Below are positions 48,781 through 58,937 of a stretch of DNA of 64,000 bases, one piece after another. The notes below the pieces were generated by a model. That model was not told where the DNA came from, ran no database searches, and was given only the letters and a program-made list of their open reading frames with translations. A program made the position numbers and the translations under genes. The DNA comes from Candidatus Nomurabacteria bacterium. Its GTDB lineage: Bacteria > Patescibacteriota > Minisyncoccia > Phycocordibacterales > UBA9973. The stretch lies in assembly GCA_026395915.1 (NCBI GenBank), contig JAPLXU010000012.1:8996-72995 (forward strand). Reading direction: 5' to 3'. Every line of letters starts with the position of its first letter. Position 1 is the stretch's first letter.

Positions 48781-50553
48781 TCAATATACTTCCTGTTGAT
48801 AACATTTTTCACAGTAAACAATCTCAGGCCTGTCTGGAGAATAAGAAGTATCAAATTCGACTTCACATCTTTCTGTTCCATGAAAATGTTGACCGGTCGC
48901 TTGTGGTGAGCCTGCCAAACCACACATGCACGTTCTTTTCCATAATTTTAACGCAGGCATAGCTTTATATCTTTCGTAATAACGGCAGTTTGGACACAAA
49001 ATCGGAAGCGGTATGTTATGTTTTTTGTAAAAAAGAAGTTCGTAATTAGTTAAACGAAAAGCGACGTTGCATTGTTGATCGCACTTCCCTTCGTGCGCAC
49101 AACCCAAAACTTCGTTCAAAATTCCGTCATTCACTTCGCCTATGTTGTCTGGAATTTTTTCTGCAGAAACTGTAACATTAAATTTCTTTGCTTCAGACTC
49201 ATGCCAAGGATAACTTTTTTCTTCCGCCGTCTCTTTTGAGAGAGGAAAAAATTCTTGCGCCAAAGTTTCATTGTATGCCCAAGGTGAAAGTTCAATCGGG
49301 AAAAATTCTCCATATTTATAGATTCTCCCCTTTTTATCTTTGAAAGGAATATCGTTCATCTGCCTTATTATTTCTTCGCGTAATTTAGCAAATTCTTTTT
49401 TCGAATAAACTTTATTAAAAATTGCGTTCTCAGCGTTCCTGAGTGAAATACAGCCGAGAATATTCGTACAATCCTTACAAGACTCAGTATAGTCCGCATT
49501 TCTCACCGATTCCAACGCAGAATAAGAAAACTTAACATTGTAATCATTCATAGCGCCAGTAGCATATTCATAAAGTAATTCTGATTTACCAACATGATCA
49601 AGATCCATGCAATCTTTGAAATCAAATGCTCGGTAACAATATTTCGCATTCTCTACATTATATATTTCAAAACAATTTTTGGCATTTTTAACATTTAGAA
49701 GATTATTGCCCGTCACATTGACGCATTTGTTAATGTTGGCAAATCTAAAAATTGCTTTCTCCTTAATTTTTTTAAATTCTTCAGCCAAGATCTGACGCGA
49801 AGCTCTGCTTTTTAGATTGAATTTTTCAAATTCTTTTAAATACTCTTCCCTAGAATATTGTTCGTTACGAATGCAAAACTTTTTATTGCGCAGATTGCTT
49901 GATAAAAAACAATTGCTGCAATTCACACAGTCAACAAGATAATATGAGTCTAAACAACCTCTGCAAAGCAAAAGATACTGGGAATTATAATTCCCCTGCC
50001 CTTCAACATTCTCATATAAACTTTCCGATCCATTTATAACATTAAGACAATCAACAATATCTCTTGATTTATCTATAGACTTTGAATAAAAAATATTTTC
50101 CGATTCCTTTACAACTGAAACAGATAAATAAACATTTCTTGATTCTCCAACCAAATTAGCATAATCGCAATTGATTGCATTCCTCTGCCACAAAGCCAAA
50201 CGCGGAACAGTTTTCGAAAATTCTCTATACTGCTCAAAAAATGGCTTGGAAAAATCGTAATCTCGCCCATAAGATTCTGCATCCCATTTATCTCCATACC
50301 AACATTCTCGACAATAAACCGGAAAAGGTGCAGATTCGTGATGTATAGAAATTATATTCTTTCCACAAAGATTGCAAATACGACGATACAAAGATCTTTC
50401 GTTACGCCAAGCAAAACGTCGTATCTGTCGACACTCTGGGCAAAAAGTCGGTGGTGGAACTTTTATTTTTTCATAAAACGAAAAATCATCTGACTCAATC
50501 GTAAAGTCTTTTTTGCAGTTTTGACAGATTTTGTTTTCGATTTTTTGTTCCAT
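48781..50553 (-). CDS. cysteine-rich protein, paralogue 3
   Basis: 590 aa. N-terminus 'ICQNCKKDFTIESDDFSFYEKIKVPPPTFCPECR'. C-terminus '..IVYCEKCYQQEVY'. Confidence 0.7.
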   Translation of the reverse strand: MEQKIENKICQNCKKDFTIESDDFSFYEKIKVPPPTFCPECRQIRRFAWRNERSLYRRICNLCGKNIISIHHESAPFPVYCRECWYGDKWDAESYGRDYDFSKPFFEQYREFSKTVPRLALWQRNAINCDYANLVGESRNVYLSVSVVKESENIFYSKSIDKSRDIVDCLNVINGSESLYENVEGQGNYNSQYLLLCRGCLDSYYLVDCVNCSNCFLSSNLRNKKFCIRNEQYSREEYLKEFEKFNLKSRASRQILAEEFKKIKEKAIFRFANINKCVNVTGNNLLNVKNAKNCFEIYNVENAKYCYRAFDFKDCMDLDHVGKSELLYEYATGAMNDYNVKFSYSALESVRNADYTESCKDCTNILGCISLRNAENAIFNKVYSKKEFAKLREEIIRQMNDIPFKDKKGRIYKYGEFFPIELSPWAYNETLAQEFFPLSKETAEEKSYPWHESEAKKFNVTVSAEKIPDNIGEVNDGILNEVLGCAHEGKCDQQCNVAFRLTNYELLFYKKHNIPLPILCPNCRYYERYKAMPALKLWKRTCMCGLAGSPQATGQHFHGTERCEVEFDTSYSPDRPEIVYCEKCYQQEVY

Positions 50554-50601
50554 AACTTTTTCACTTTAGTTTAGTAAAGTCTGAGCAAGGACTCCCCTTG
50601 C

Positions 50602-52302
50602 TCAATACACCTCTTGCTGATAACACTTCTCACAATAAACTATCTCAGGTCTATCAGAAGCATAACTGGTTTCGAATTCCACCTCGCAACGTCCTTCGTG
50701 ATGAATGTGTTTTTTGTCACACATGCATTGTCTATGCCAGAGTTTGTTTGGCCCGCGATTTTTTAGACGTGTTTCATGCCGACATTCAGGACAATTCCGC
50801 GGGATAGGTATTTTCATTCTTCTATAAAAGCTCAGCTCATCTGCAATAATTCTATAATTTTTATTGCATTCTTTACACACAAAAACTTCTTTGCTCACAT
50901 TAAAATCAGTAGGCAACTCTGAAATTGAATCAGGAAAATTTTTCCAAACTATAGTTTCTTTACCATAATTACCTCGCGGTGTATCTTCCCATTTGAAACC
51001 TTGAGCCAAAGCTTGTTCTTTTGTTAGTGGAAATTCATCCACAACAGAAGATTCGTTGTAACCATAAGGAGATAATTCTTTCGGAAAAAAGTTTCCGTAA
51101 ATCTCTTCTTGTTTCATTCGTTCAATAATTTCAGTACGTAATTTTATGTATTCCTCCTTACTGTATTGTTTATTCAAAATGCAATAAGATCCTTGAATTA
51201 AACCAGCACAACCAAAACAATTATTGGAATTCGGGCAGTTCAAACAATATTGCATAAAACTTGATTCCCAACAATAATAACTACATATTATATTTGAGCA
51301 TTGCATACCTATGTTCAAAGAATTATAGACAAGTTCCGCTGTTCTCCCTGATGTATTGCAATCCATGCAATTTTTTGCTACACGCCAAGCGTGTATACAA
51401 TATGCATTGTCTTCCGCGTCATAAGAATGGAAGCAATAACGATTATTTTTTACATTCGTCATGTAATTACCAGTAGAATTGACAACATTAAAAACTTCAG
51501 CGAATTTTCTTGGTTTATTTTTTATAAAATTTCTAAATTCTTTTTTAAAATTTTCTACTCCTGAATGTGTGTCTAGTTTAAATGATTTTAATTTTTCTTC
51601 GTATTCTTCTTTTGTGTAAGGTTCGTTGAAAATGTGATATTTTTGCTGACGTAAATTGATACATCCAAGACAATTGGTGCATCCTCGGCAATCAAACAAA
51701 AAGGCACTATTAAGACAACTGTAACAACCTTTACAAAAACGCAAGGAATGGCAATCATAACAATCATCAACTTCGTAAGAAAGTTCTACTTTATTTGTAA
51801 AAGAACAATCAACTAATTCTTTAGAGAGTTGTATCCAGTAACAATTTATGCAATTCTCATTATTTGAGCTCTCCATAATCATGTAGCAATTTTTTGTATC
51901 GGCAGTGTGATTAAGATATTCAGAATTGATACTATTCATATGGACCAGAGCTGGTTTTGGAACTTTCTGCCATAATTCATTAAATTGTTTAAAGAACGAT
52001 TTTTTAGGATCATATTCCATACCGTAATTTTTTCCTTTTAAATCATCGCTGCGCCAACACTCATGACACCATACAGGATAAGTTTTATTTGCACTAAACA
52101 TAGAAATAGTGCTTCTCTTGCAATTATCACAGTTGCGCTTATAAAGAAACCTTTCGTTTCTAAAAATTAGTCTTAGTTGCGAACGGCATTCCGGACAAAA
52201 AGTCGGCGGTGGAACTTTGATTTTTTCGTAGAACGAAAAATCATCTGGCTCTATGGTGAAGTCTTTTTTGCAGTTCTGACATTGTCTCGTTTCACTTTTC
52301 AT
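50602..52302 (-). CDS. cysteine-rich protein, paralogue 4 (tandem with paralogue 3)
   Basis: 566 aa. Same N- and C-terminal modules. The GC-rich hairpin tgagcaagg-actcc-ccttgctca overlaps its stop (50582-50604). Confidence 0.7.
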   Translation of the reverse strand: MKSETRQCQNCKKDFTIEPDDFSFYEKIKVPPPTFCPECRSQLRLIFRNERFLYKRNCDNCKRSTISMFSANKTYPVWCHECWRSDDLKGKNYGMEYDPKKSFFKQFNELWQKVPKPALVHMNSINSEYLNHTADTKNCYMIMESSNNENCINCYWIQLSKELVDCSFTNKVELSYEVDDCYDCHSLRFCKGCYSCLNSAFLFDCRGCTNCLGCINLRQQKYHIFNEPYTKEEYEEKLKSFKLDTHSGVENFKKEFRNFIKNKPRKFAEVFNVVNSTGNYMTNVKNNRYCFHSYDAEDNAYCIHAWRVAKNCMDCNTSGRTAELVYNSLNIGMQCSNIICSYYCWESSFMQYCLNCPNSNNCFGCAGLIQGSYCILNKQYSKEEYIKLRTEIIERMKQEEIYGNFFPKELSPYGYNESSVVDEFPLTKEQALAQGFKWEDTPRGNYGKETIVWKNFPDSISELPTDFNVSKEVFVCKECNKNYRIIADELSFYRRMKIPIPRNCPECRHETRLKNRGPNKLWHRQCMCDKKHIHHEGRCEVEFETSYASDRPEIVYCEKCYQQEVY

Positions 52303-52350
52303 GATTTTCTTATAAAAGGTAGCAAACTCTGCTATCGCAGAAACTGGTAC

Positions 52351-52902
52351 CTATTCTCCTATTTTATTTTCCTCTTCTAAACTTTCTGAGGCAACATTAA
52401 TAGAATTATTCACTTCACCATAATCCGGCAATTCATCTACAGATTTTATACCCATATACGATAACAATTCAAAGCTGGGTTTGTAAATATAACGCCTGCT
52501 ATCTTTTGGATCAAGTATTCTTTCTATCAATCCGCGAACAGATAATGCTCGCAAAGTGAAACTGGAATTGACTCCCCTTATATAATCGATCTCCGCTCGG
52601 TTCGCACCATTTTTATAAAGAATAATGGATAATGTTTCCAAACTTGCTTTTGAAAGTTCTTTGTTCAGTTCTTCTTTTTGCAATTCTTCAAACAAACTTG
52701 ATAATTCTGGCGCTGTGCCAAGCGCAATATCAGAATCTTTTTCAATCAATACTATTCCTCTCTCTTTTAAATTGTTTTTTAATCTAAGAACGCCTTCATT
52801 CATTTCCGCCTCCTCAACTTTTAAAATCTCTGCAAGTTTCTTTCGCGACATTGGTTCTCCTTTCCAAAACAGTATAGCTTCTATTTTTGATTCTAAATTC
52901 AT
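52351..52902 (-). CDS. scpB: segregation and condensation protein B
   Basis: 'IEAILFWKGEPMSRKKLAEIL' winged-helix pattern. 183 aa. Directly downstream of scpA. Confidence 0.85.
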   Translation of the reverse strand: MNLESKIEAILFWKGEPMSRKKLAEILKVEEAEMNEGVLRLKNNLKERGIVLIEKDSDIALGTAPELSSLFEELQKEELNKELSKASLETLSIILYKNGANRAEIDYIRGVNSSFTLRALSVRGLIERILDPKDSRRYIYKPSFELLSYMGIKSVDELPDYGEVNNSINVASESLEEENKIGE

Positions 52903-52916
52903 AATTATTGATCTAC

Positions 52917-52997
52917 GTTCTGTGAAGGATTTTAAGAAAAGTGGGTTCCCTGCCCTTAAGACCTCGAGGGCGTATTTTCAAAAATCCTTTACAGAAC
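52917..52997 (-). ncRNA. conserved structured intergenic element, copy 3 (minus strand, fills the scpA-scpB spacer)
   Basis: Minus strand: gttctgtaaaggatttt-GAAAATACGCCCTCGAGGTCTTAAGGGCAGGGAACCCACTTTTCTT-aaaatccttcacagaac. 15 nt upstream of the scpB ATG. Overlaps the scpA stop. Confidence 0.5.
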
Positions 52998-53729
52998 GTT
53001 TGTATTACTTTTTTCCTGCTTACTAATAATAATATCGGCGAAACCATTTTCTTGAATCGCGTCAAGTATCCCGTTTCTGACGAGCTCCAGCATCGCCAAG
53101 AACCCGACTATCACAAACAATTTCTCTTCTCGAGTTGTCGCTTTACCAGCAAAACTTTTGAAGCTTGTTTGAATGGAACTTTGTATTCTATCGGTCAGTT
53201 TACCAATCATTTCCTCAATGCTAATAACTTTTTTCACTTCCGCTTCCGGCAAGAATACTTTTTTGGGCATTCCTCCCAGAACATTCCGAGCAAAATTCAT
53301 CATGCTGTCTTTTGTAATTTGAGTATCCGGCAAAAAAACCAAAACATCATTTTTTCTTTCGAGAGGCGCGAAAATCATTTTCTCGCCAAACATATTTTTT
53401 ACATTTCCTCCGAGTTTCGTAAAAAGTTCATACAGTCGCAAGCGTTCTTCTAAACTCTTTATATCGCCCTCTTCCTCCGTCGTGAGACTCAAATTCGGCA
53501 AAAGCGATTTTGATTTAATGAGAATCAAAGTCGAAGCCACCAACACGAAGCTAGCAATCTCAGCCCTGCCCAGACCTCCGAGTTTGTTCATGTAGCCCAA
53601 GAAATCTTCAGTCACAGTCGCAAGCGACACATCGTTTATGAAAAGTTTTCGTTTTTCCACTAGTTCCAAAAGCAACCCAAAAGGGCCTTCGAAACCTGCT
53701 ATTTTTGCCGTATAACTTCCTGTTTCCAC
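52989..53729 (-). CDS. scpA: segregation and condensation protein A
   Basis: 'FEGPFGLLLELVEKRKL' ScpA N-terminal motif. 246 aa. Confidence 0.85.
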   Translation of the reverse strand: METGSYTAKIAGFEGPFGLLLELVEKRKLFINDVSLATVTEDFLGYMNKLGGLGRAEIASFVLVASTLILIKSKSLLPNLSLTTEEEGDIKSLEERLRLYELFTKLGGNVKNMFGEKMIFAPLERKNDVLVFLPDTQITKDSMMNFARNVLGGMPKKVFLPEAEVKKVISIEEMIGKLTDRIQSSIQTSFKSFAGKATTREEKLFVIVGFLAMLELVRNGILDAIQENGFADIIISKQEKSNTNVL

Positions 53730-53751
53730 CCTTATATGTTAACATTTCCTT

Positions 53752-56433
53752 GTGAAAAAGAAAAATGATAAAAAAAGCGTCCGCCTCTCCAAAAACGTCG
53801 TTCCTGTTGAATACGACATACAATTACAACCGGACTTGGACAATTTTACTTTTGAAGGCGTTGAAACTATCACCCTCTCTATTCTGAAACCGACTAAAAC
53901 ACTAACTCTCCATTCAAAAGAAATTGAAATAGAAACAGCTTCCATAAACAAAGATTCTCAAAAAATGTTCGCAAAAATTTCTTATGACGAGAAAAATGAA
54001 ACTGTGACTTTTGCTTTTCCTGAAACTATTCTTTCAGGAAAAACTAAACTGACCATAGTTTTCAGAGGAATTCTCAATGACAAAATGCGAGGGTTTTATA
54101 GGAGCAAATATACTATCAAAGAAAAAGACTACCATTTAGCGACCACACAATTTGAAGCTACCGATGCGCGAAGAGCTTTCCCTTGTTTTGATGAACCAGC
54201 GCAAAAAGCCATTTTTAATGTTTCTCTCATTGTCCAAAAAGGCAAGACGGCTATCTCAAATACTTTGCCAGTATCTGTCGCGGAACACGATGCTGAATAC
54301 GAAATAGTAAAATTTTCTCCAACGCCGAAAATGTCCACTTACTTGCTCGCATTTATTGTAGGAGACTTTGAATGTCTGGAATCAAAAACTACTCCCACCA
54401 CCTCGTCCTTCAGACACTCCCCCTCAGGCAGGGGGAGAAGTATACGAGTTCGTGTCTTTACCACTCCAGGAAAAAAACATCAAGCCAAATTCGCGCTTGA
54501 TTGCGCGATAAAAACTTTAGAATTTTACGAAAAATATTTCGACATCGCCTATCCTCTGCCCGTGCTCGACATGATAGCTATCCCAGACTTTACAGCCGGA
54601 GCAATGGAAAATTGGGGCGCAATCACGTATCGCGAAAGCGCTATCTTGGTCGATGATGATCATTCTTCGCTCTCAAACAAACAATGGGTGGCACTCATAA
54701 TTGCTCACGAAATATCGCATCAGTGGTTCGGTAATCTAGTGACAATGGAATGGTGGACTCATTTGTGGTTGAACGAGGGATTTGCTTCTTATCTTGAATA
54801 TTTGGCCGTCGATAAACTTTTTCCAAAATGGGATATTTGGACACAATTTATTACTAGCGAACTCTCCTCAGCTTTACGTTTAGATTCTCTCCTTAATACC
54901 CACCCGATAGAAATACCAGTGCATCATCCCGCAGAAATCGGCGAAATATTCGATGAAGTGTCTTATTCAAAAGGAGCGTCAATCATCAGAATGCTTGCGG
55001 ACTTTTTGGGAGAAAAAGATTTTCGAGACGGTTTAAGATTTTACTTAAAAAAGCATAGTTATAAAAATACGGAAACTATCCATCTCTGGCAAGCGTTTGA
55101 AAAAGTTTCAAAAAAGCCCAAAAAAAATGTGACAAAAATGATGCAAAATTGGACTTCAAAACCCGGCTATCCAATGATAAAAGCAGAGATTATAAATGAA
55201 AAATTAAATTTGTCGCAAGAGAGATTTTTTAGCAGTCCGATATCAAAGGCAAAAGCAAAAGAAAAAACCTTGTGGCAAATACCCGTTTCTATAAAAAATA
55301 GCAACACTGCGCGAAAATATCTTTTTAGCCGACTTTCGCAGGCTGTCGAGCCGAGAATGAGCGATTTTTCAGCAGAAAAATACGCGACGGCAAAAAAGAC
55401 ATTTTCGCGCAGTGACTATCAAAAAATAAATATTAGTGAAACAGGATTCTATCGAGTAAATTACTCAAAGGAACTTTTAGAAAAATTTAAAATACAAATT
55501 GAAAAAAAGTTATTACCAGCGCAAGACAGACTTGGAATCATCAGAGATCTTTTTGCCTTAGCTGAAGCTGGAATTGTTTCAACAAAAGATACGTTAGAGT
55601 TTTTAGCAAGCTATAAAAATGAAGACAATTACACAGTTTGGCTTGAACTTGCAACGGGTCTCGGACGAATTGAACAACTTTTTGCAAAAGAATCGGTTAA
55701 GAAAGAAGAGCTAAACAACCTTATCTTAAATTTATTTTCTCCTCTTGCAAACAAACTCGGTTGGGAAAAAAAGAAAGGAGAAACTCACACCGACGTGCTC
55801 TTGCGCTCACTCGTCATCACTCGAGCCGGACGTTCTGGTGATATAAAAATAATTGCTGAAGCGAAAAATAAATTCACGGCCATGCAAAAAGGTAAACACA
55901 TTGATCCAGACGTTCGTGGTGCTGTCTATGCGACTATCGCAAGAAACGGTGGAATGAAAGAATATCAAACTCTTCTCAAGCGATATAAAGAAGAAACCTT
56001 ACATGAAGAAAAAAACAGGATTGGAAACACTTTGGGAGATTTTCAAGAAACTAAAATTTTGAAACTTGTTTGCGAATTCGCTATGTCAAAATATGTCAGG
56101 GCCCAAAATACTATCGCCATCATTTCGGCTGTTGGAGCAAATCCGTTAGGCAGAGATATCTGGCTAAATTTTGTTCAAAAAAATTGGAAGACACTTGTCT
56201 CGCGTTATGGCGACGGTGGTCATACGCTAGCACGACTTGTGAAAGCCATAGGCGGAAGCGCAGAAGAAAAACACTTAAAATCATTCAAAAAATTCTTCAA
56301 AACTCATTTTGCGCCTGGAGCCGAGAGAGCGATAGAACAAGTATTGGAACGTCTTGAGAGCAATATCGCTTGGTTGAGAAGAGAAACGAAAAAGCGTCGC
56401 GGGAAACCCACGACGCTTGTGGCCAAAAATTGA
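53752..56433 (+). CDS. pepN: aminopeptidase N (M1 family)
   Basis: 'GAMENWG' exopeptidase motif. 'HEISHQWFGNLVTMEWW..NEGFA' zinc site. Contains an in-frame GC-rich hairpin insert at ~54400-54442. Confidence 0.9.
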   Translation: MKKKNDKKSVRLSKNVVPVEYDIQLQPDLDNFTFEGVETITLSILKPTKTLTLHSKEIEIETASINKDSQKMFAKISYDEKNETVTFAFPETILSGKTKLTIVFRGILNDKMRGFYRSKYTIKEKDYHLATTQFEATDARRAFPCFDEPAQKAIFNVSLIVQKGKTAISNTLPVSVAEHDAEYEIVKFSPTPKMSTYLLAFIVGDFECLESKTTPTTSSFRHSPSGRGRSIRVRVFTTPGKKHQAKFALDCAIKTLEFYEKYFDIAYPLPVLDMIAIPDFTAGAMENWGAITYRESAILVDDDHSSLSNKQWVALIIAHEISHQWFGNLVTMEWWTHLWLNEGFASYLEYLAVDKLFPKWDIWTQFITSELSSALRLDSLLNTHPIEIPVHHPAEIGEIFDEVSYSKGASIIRMLADFLGEKDFRDGLRFYLKKHSYKNTETIHLWQAFEKVSKKPKKNVTKMMQNWTSKPGYPMIKAEIINEKLNLSQERFFSSPISKAKAKEKTLWQIPVSIKNSNTARKYLFSRLSQAVEPRMSDFSAEKYATAKKTFSRSDYQKINISETGFYRVNYSKELLEKFKIQIEKKLLPAQDRLGIIRDLFALAEAGIVSTKDTLEFLASYKNEDNYTVWLELATGLGRIEQLFAKESVKKEELNNLILNLFSPLANKLGWEKKKGETHTDVLLRSLVITRAGRSGDIKIIAEAKNKFTAMQKGKHIDPDVRGAVYATIARNGGMKEYQTLLKRYKEETLHEEKNRIGNTLGDFQETKILKLVCEFAMSKYVRAQNTIAIISAVGANPLGRDIWLNFVQKNWKTLVSRYGDGGHTLARLVKAIGGSAEEKHLKSFKKFFKTHFAPGAERAIEQVLERLESNIAWLRRETKKRRGKPTTLVAKN

Positions 56434-56676
56434 TGCTTAGCCGAATTTGGTTAGCCTTGACCAAATCCGAGCGAAAAGAAGTGACAAAGAGTTGAAACAA
56501 CGACTAAAATCTAGCTCTTCAGTCCTTTTGCAAAACTTGTGTGAAAATCTATGATAATACATATTCGTTACCATCATAGCACAAATATATACCATATGTC
56601 AATCCCACTCAAGACGAACCGCAAAATCAAAGAGAAATTTGCATTGTAAAACTATTTCGTGTAATACTTAGCATTA

Positions 56677-58914
56677 ATGAAACTATTAATTGTCGAATCG
56701 CCTTCAAAGGCGAAAACAATTGAAAAATATTTGGAAGATCTTTCCACCTCTGCGATGGACAGGTTTACTGTGCGCGCTTCTGTCGGACACATTCGCGATT
56801 TACCGAAATCAAACAAGACAGCGATAGACATCGAGGCTGGTTTCGTTCCGCATTATGAAATTTCAAAAGGCAAAGAAAAAATTGTGCATGAATTACAAGG
56901 ACTTGCCGAAAAAGCAAATGAAATAATATTGGCGACTGACCCTGATCGTGAAGGAGAAGCTATTGCTTGGCATATTGAAACGCTCTTGAAGGAAGATAAA
57001 AAAATAAAAGCTCCCATAGATAGAGTGACCTTTCATGAGATCACCAAAGAGGCAGTGATAGAAGCCTTACAGCACCCCCGCCAGATCGACACAGCGTTAC
57101 GCAAAGCTCAAGAAGCGCGCAGAGTCCTAGATCGATTAGTCGGCTATGACCTTTCCGGAATAATTTGGAAAAAAGTTCGTTACGGACTTTCCGCCGGACG
57201 TGTTCAGTCCCCCGCCCTCCGCATCATCATGGAACGCGAACGAGAAATTCGCGCTTTTGTTCCAGAAAAGTTTTGGAAAATCCTCGGACTTTTTGAAACA
57301 AAAAAGGGCGACAAGCTCACTTTAGAATGCAGTGAAGAACCACGTGATGAAAAACTGGTTCAGAAAATAATGGAAGTCGGCAAAGATGGAAATTGGATCG
57401 TGAAAGATGTGAAAGAATCTGAGCAAAAACGTTCACCTCGCGCGCCTTTTACAACTTCAACTTTGCAACAGACCGCAAGTTCGCGTCTCGGCTATTCACC
57501 TTCACGTACAATGCAGATCGCGCAGAAACTTTATGAAGCTGGACACATCACATATATGCGAACCGACAGTACAAATTTGTCTTTAGTCGCGCAAGAGCAA
57601 ATCATCAATTTTGTAACAAAGAAATACGGCGCGGAATATGCTCAAGGCAGAGTTTATAAAACTAAATCAAAAAACGCGCAAGAAGCTCATGAAGCTATAC
57701 GTCCGACACACATTGACAAGATGATCGCAGGTAGCGAAGATCAAGACAAACTTTACAGATTGATTTGGGAACGCGCGATATCTTCTCAGATGTCAGACGC
57801 AAAACTGTTAAAAACAAAAATTACGGCAAAAATAGATGGTCATGAAGATCTGCCGGAATTCGGAGCAGTTGGTTCTCGTCTTCTCTTCCCCGGCTGGCTC
57901 AAAGTAGAAAGTGATGCGCGAGGTGACGATGTTGAATTGCCAAAATGCAATGCCGATGAAAAATTAAAACTACTGAATCTAATAAATGAAGAAAAATTCA
58001 CCGAACCGCCCAGCAGATACAGCGAAGCAGGACTCATTAAGGAACTCGAAGGAAGAGGCATCGGCAGACCATCCACTTACGCTTCCATCATGAAAACGAT
58101 TGAAGAAAGAGGTTATGTGAACAAGGAAGGCAAAACACTTTTTCCGACTGATGTCGGCGAGGTCGTGTCAGATTTTCTTGAAAAACATTTTGCAAATTAT
58201 ATTTCTGACACATTCACAGCTGAAATGGAAGATGAACTCGATGAAATTTCTCGAGGTGAGCGCGAATATGAAAAGACGCTTAAAGATTTTTATGGACCGT
58301 TTTTGAAAGATGTGAAATCAAAAGAAAAACTAGAGAAGGCTACAAATCTCGGCGACGCGCCGGAAAATATAAAATGTCCAAAATGTGGATCAAAAATGAT
58401 CTTGAAACTTTCGCGTGGAGGCAAATTTTACTCCTGTTCAAGATATCCAGACTGCGATGGAGCTTTGATGATGGATGGCACCGAATTGAAAGGACCAAAA
58501 GAAACCGGAGAAATGTGTCCAGAGTGCGGAGAAAAAAAAGGAAAAAGCGGTGGTGGAAAACTCGTCATTCGTGAACGTCGCGATGGCACCGGCACTTTCA
58601 TTTCTTGTTCGCGTTATCCCAAGTGCAAATTTATTAAAAAAGACGAAGCGGAAGAAGCAAAAAAAAGAACTGGAGTGATATGTCCCCTCTGTAAAAAAGG
58701 AGATATATCCGAGCGACGTGGAAGATTCGGGATTTTTTATTCTTGCTCAAATTATCCTGACTGTAAATTTGCCATCAAAGCGAAACCTACAGGCAAGATA
58801 TGCGAAAAATGCGGAAGTCTGATGATGGAAGGCACTAAAACTATACCAGAACGTTGCTCAAACAAAGCATGCATAATGCACAACCCTCACAAAATACCAA
58901 AGATTGAAGCTTAG
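56677..58914 (+). CDS. topA: DNA topoisomerase I
   Basis: TOPRIM 'LLIVESPSKAKTI'. Catalytic region 'TYMRTDS'. Three C-terminal C4 zinc ribbons. Confidence 0.95.
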   Translation: MKLLIVESPSKAKTIEKYLEDLSTSAMDRFTVRASVGHIRDLPKSNKTAIDIEAGFVPHYEISKGKEKIVHELQGLAEKANEIILATDPDREGEAIAWHIETLLKEDKKIKAPIDRVTFHEITKEAVIEALQHPRQIDTALRKAQEARRVLDRLVGYDLSGIIWKKVRYGLSAGRVQSPALRIIMEREREIRAFVPEKFWKILGLFETKKGDKLTLECSEEPRDEKLVQKIMEVGKDGNWIVKDVKESEQKRSPRAPFTTSTLQQTASSRLGYSPSRTMQIAQKLYEAGHITYMRTDSTNLSLVAQEQIINFVTKKYGAEYAQGRVYKTKSKNAQEAHEAIRPTHIDKMIAGSEDQDKLYRLIWERAISSQMSDAKLLKTKITAKIDGHEDLPEFGAVGSRLLFPGWLKVESDARGDDVELPKCNADEKLKLLNLINEEKFTEPPSRYSEAGLIKELEGRGIGRPSTYASIMKTIEERGYVNKEGKTLFPTDVGEVVSDFLEKHFANYISDTFTAEMEDELDEISRGEREYEKTLKDFYGPFLKDVKSKEKLEKATNLGDAPENIKCPKCGSKMILKLSRGGKFYSCSRYPDCDGALMMDGTELKGPKETGEMCPECGEKKGKSGGGKLVIRERRDGTGTFISCSRYPKCKFIKKDEAEEAKKRTGVICPLCKKGDISERRGRFGIFYSCSNYPDCKFAIKAKPTGKICEKCGSLMMEGTKTIPERCSNKACIMHNPHKIPKIEA

Positions 58915-58937
58915 ATAAAATAAGTTATAATGGTTTT

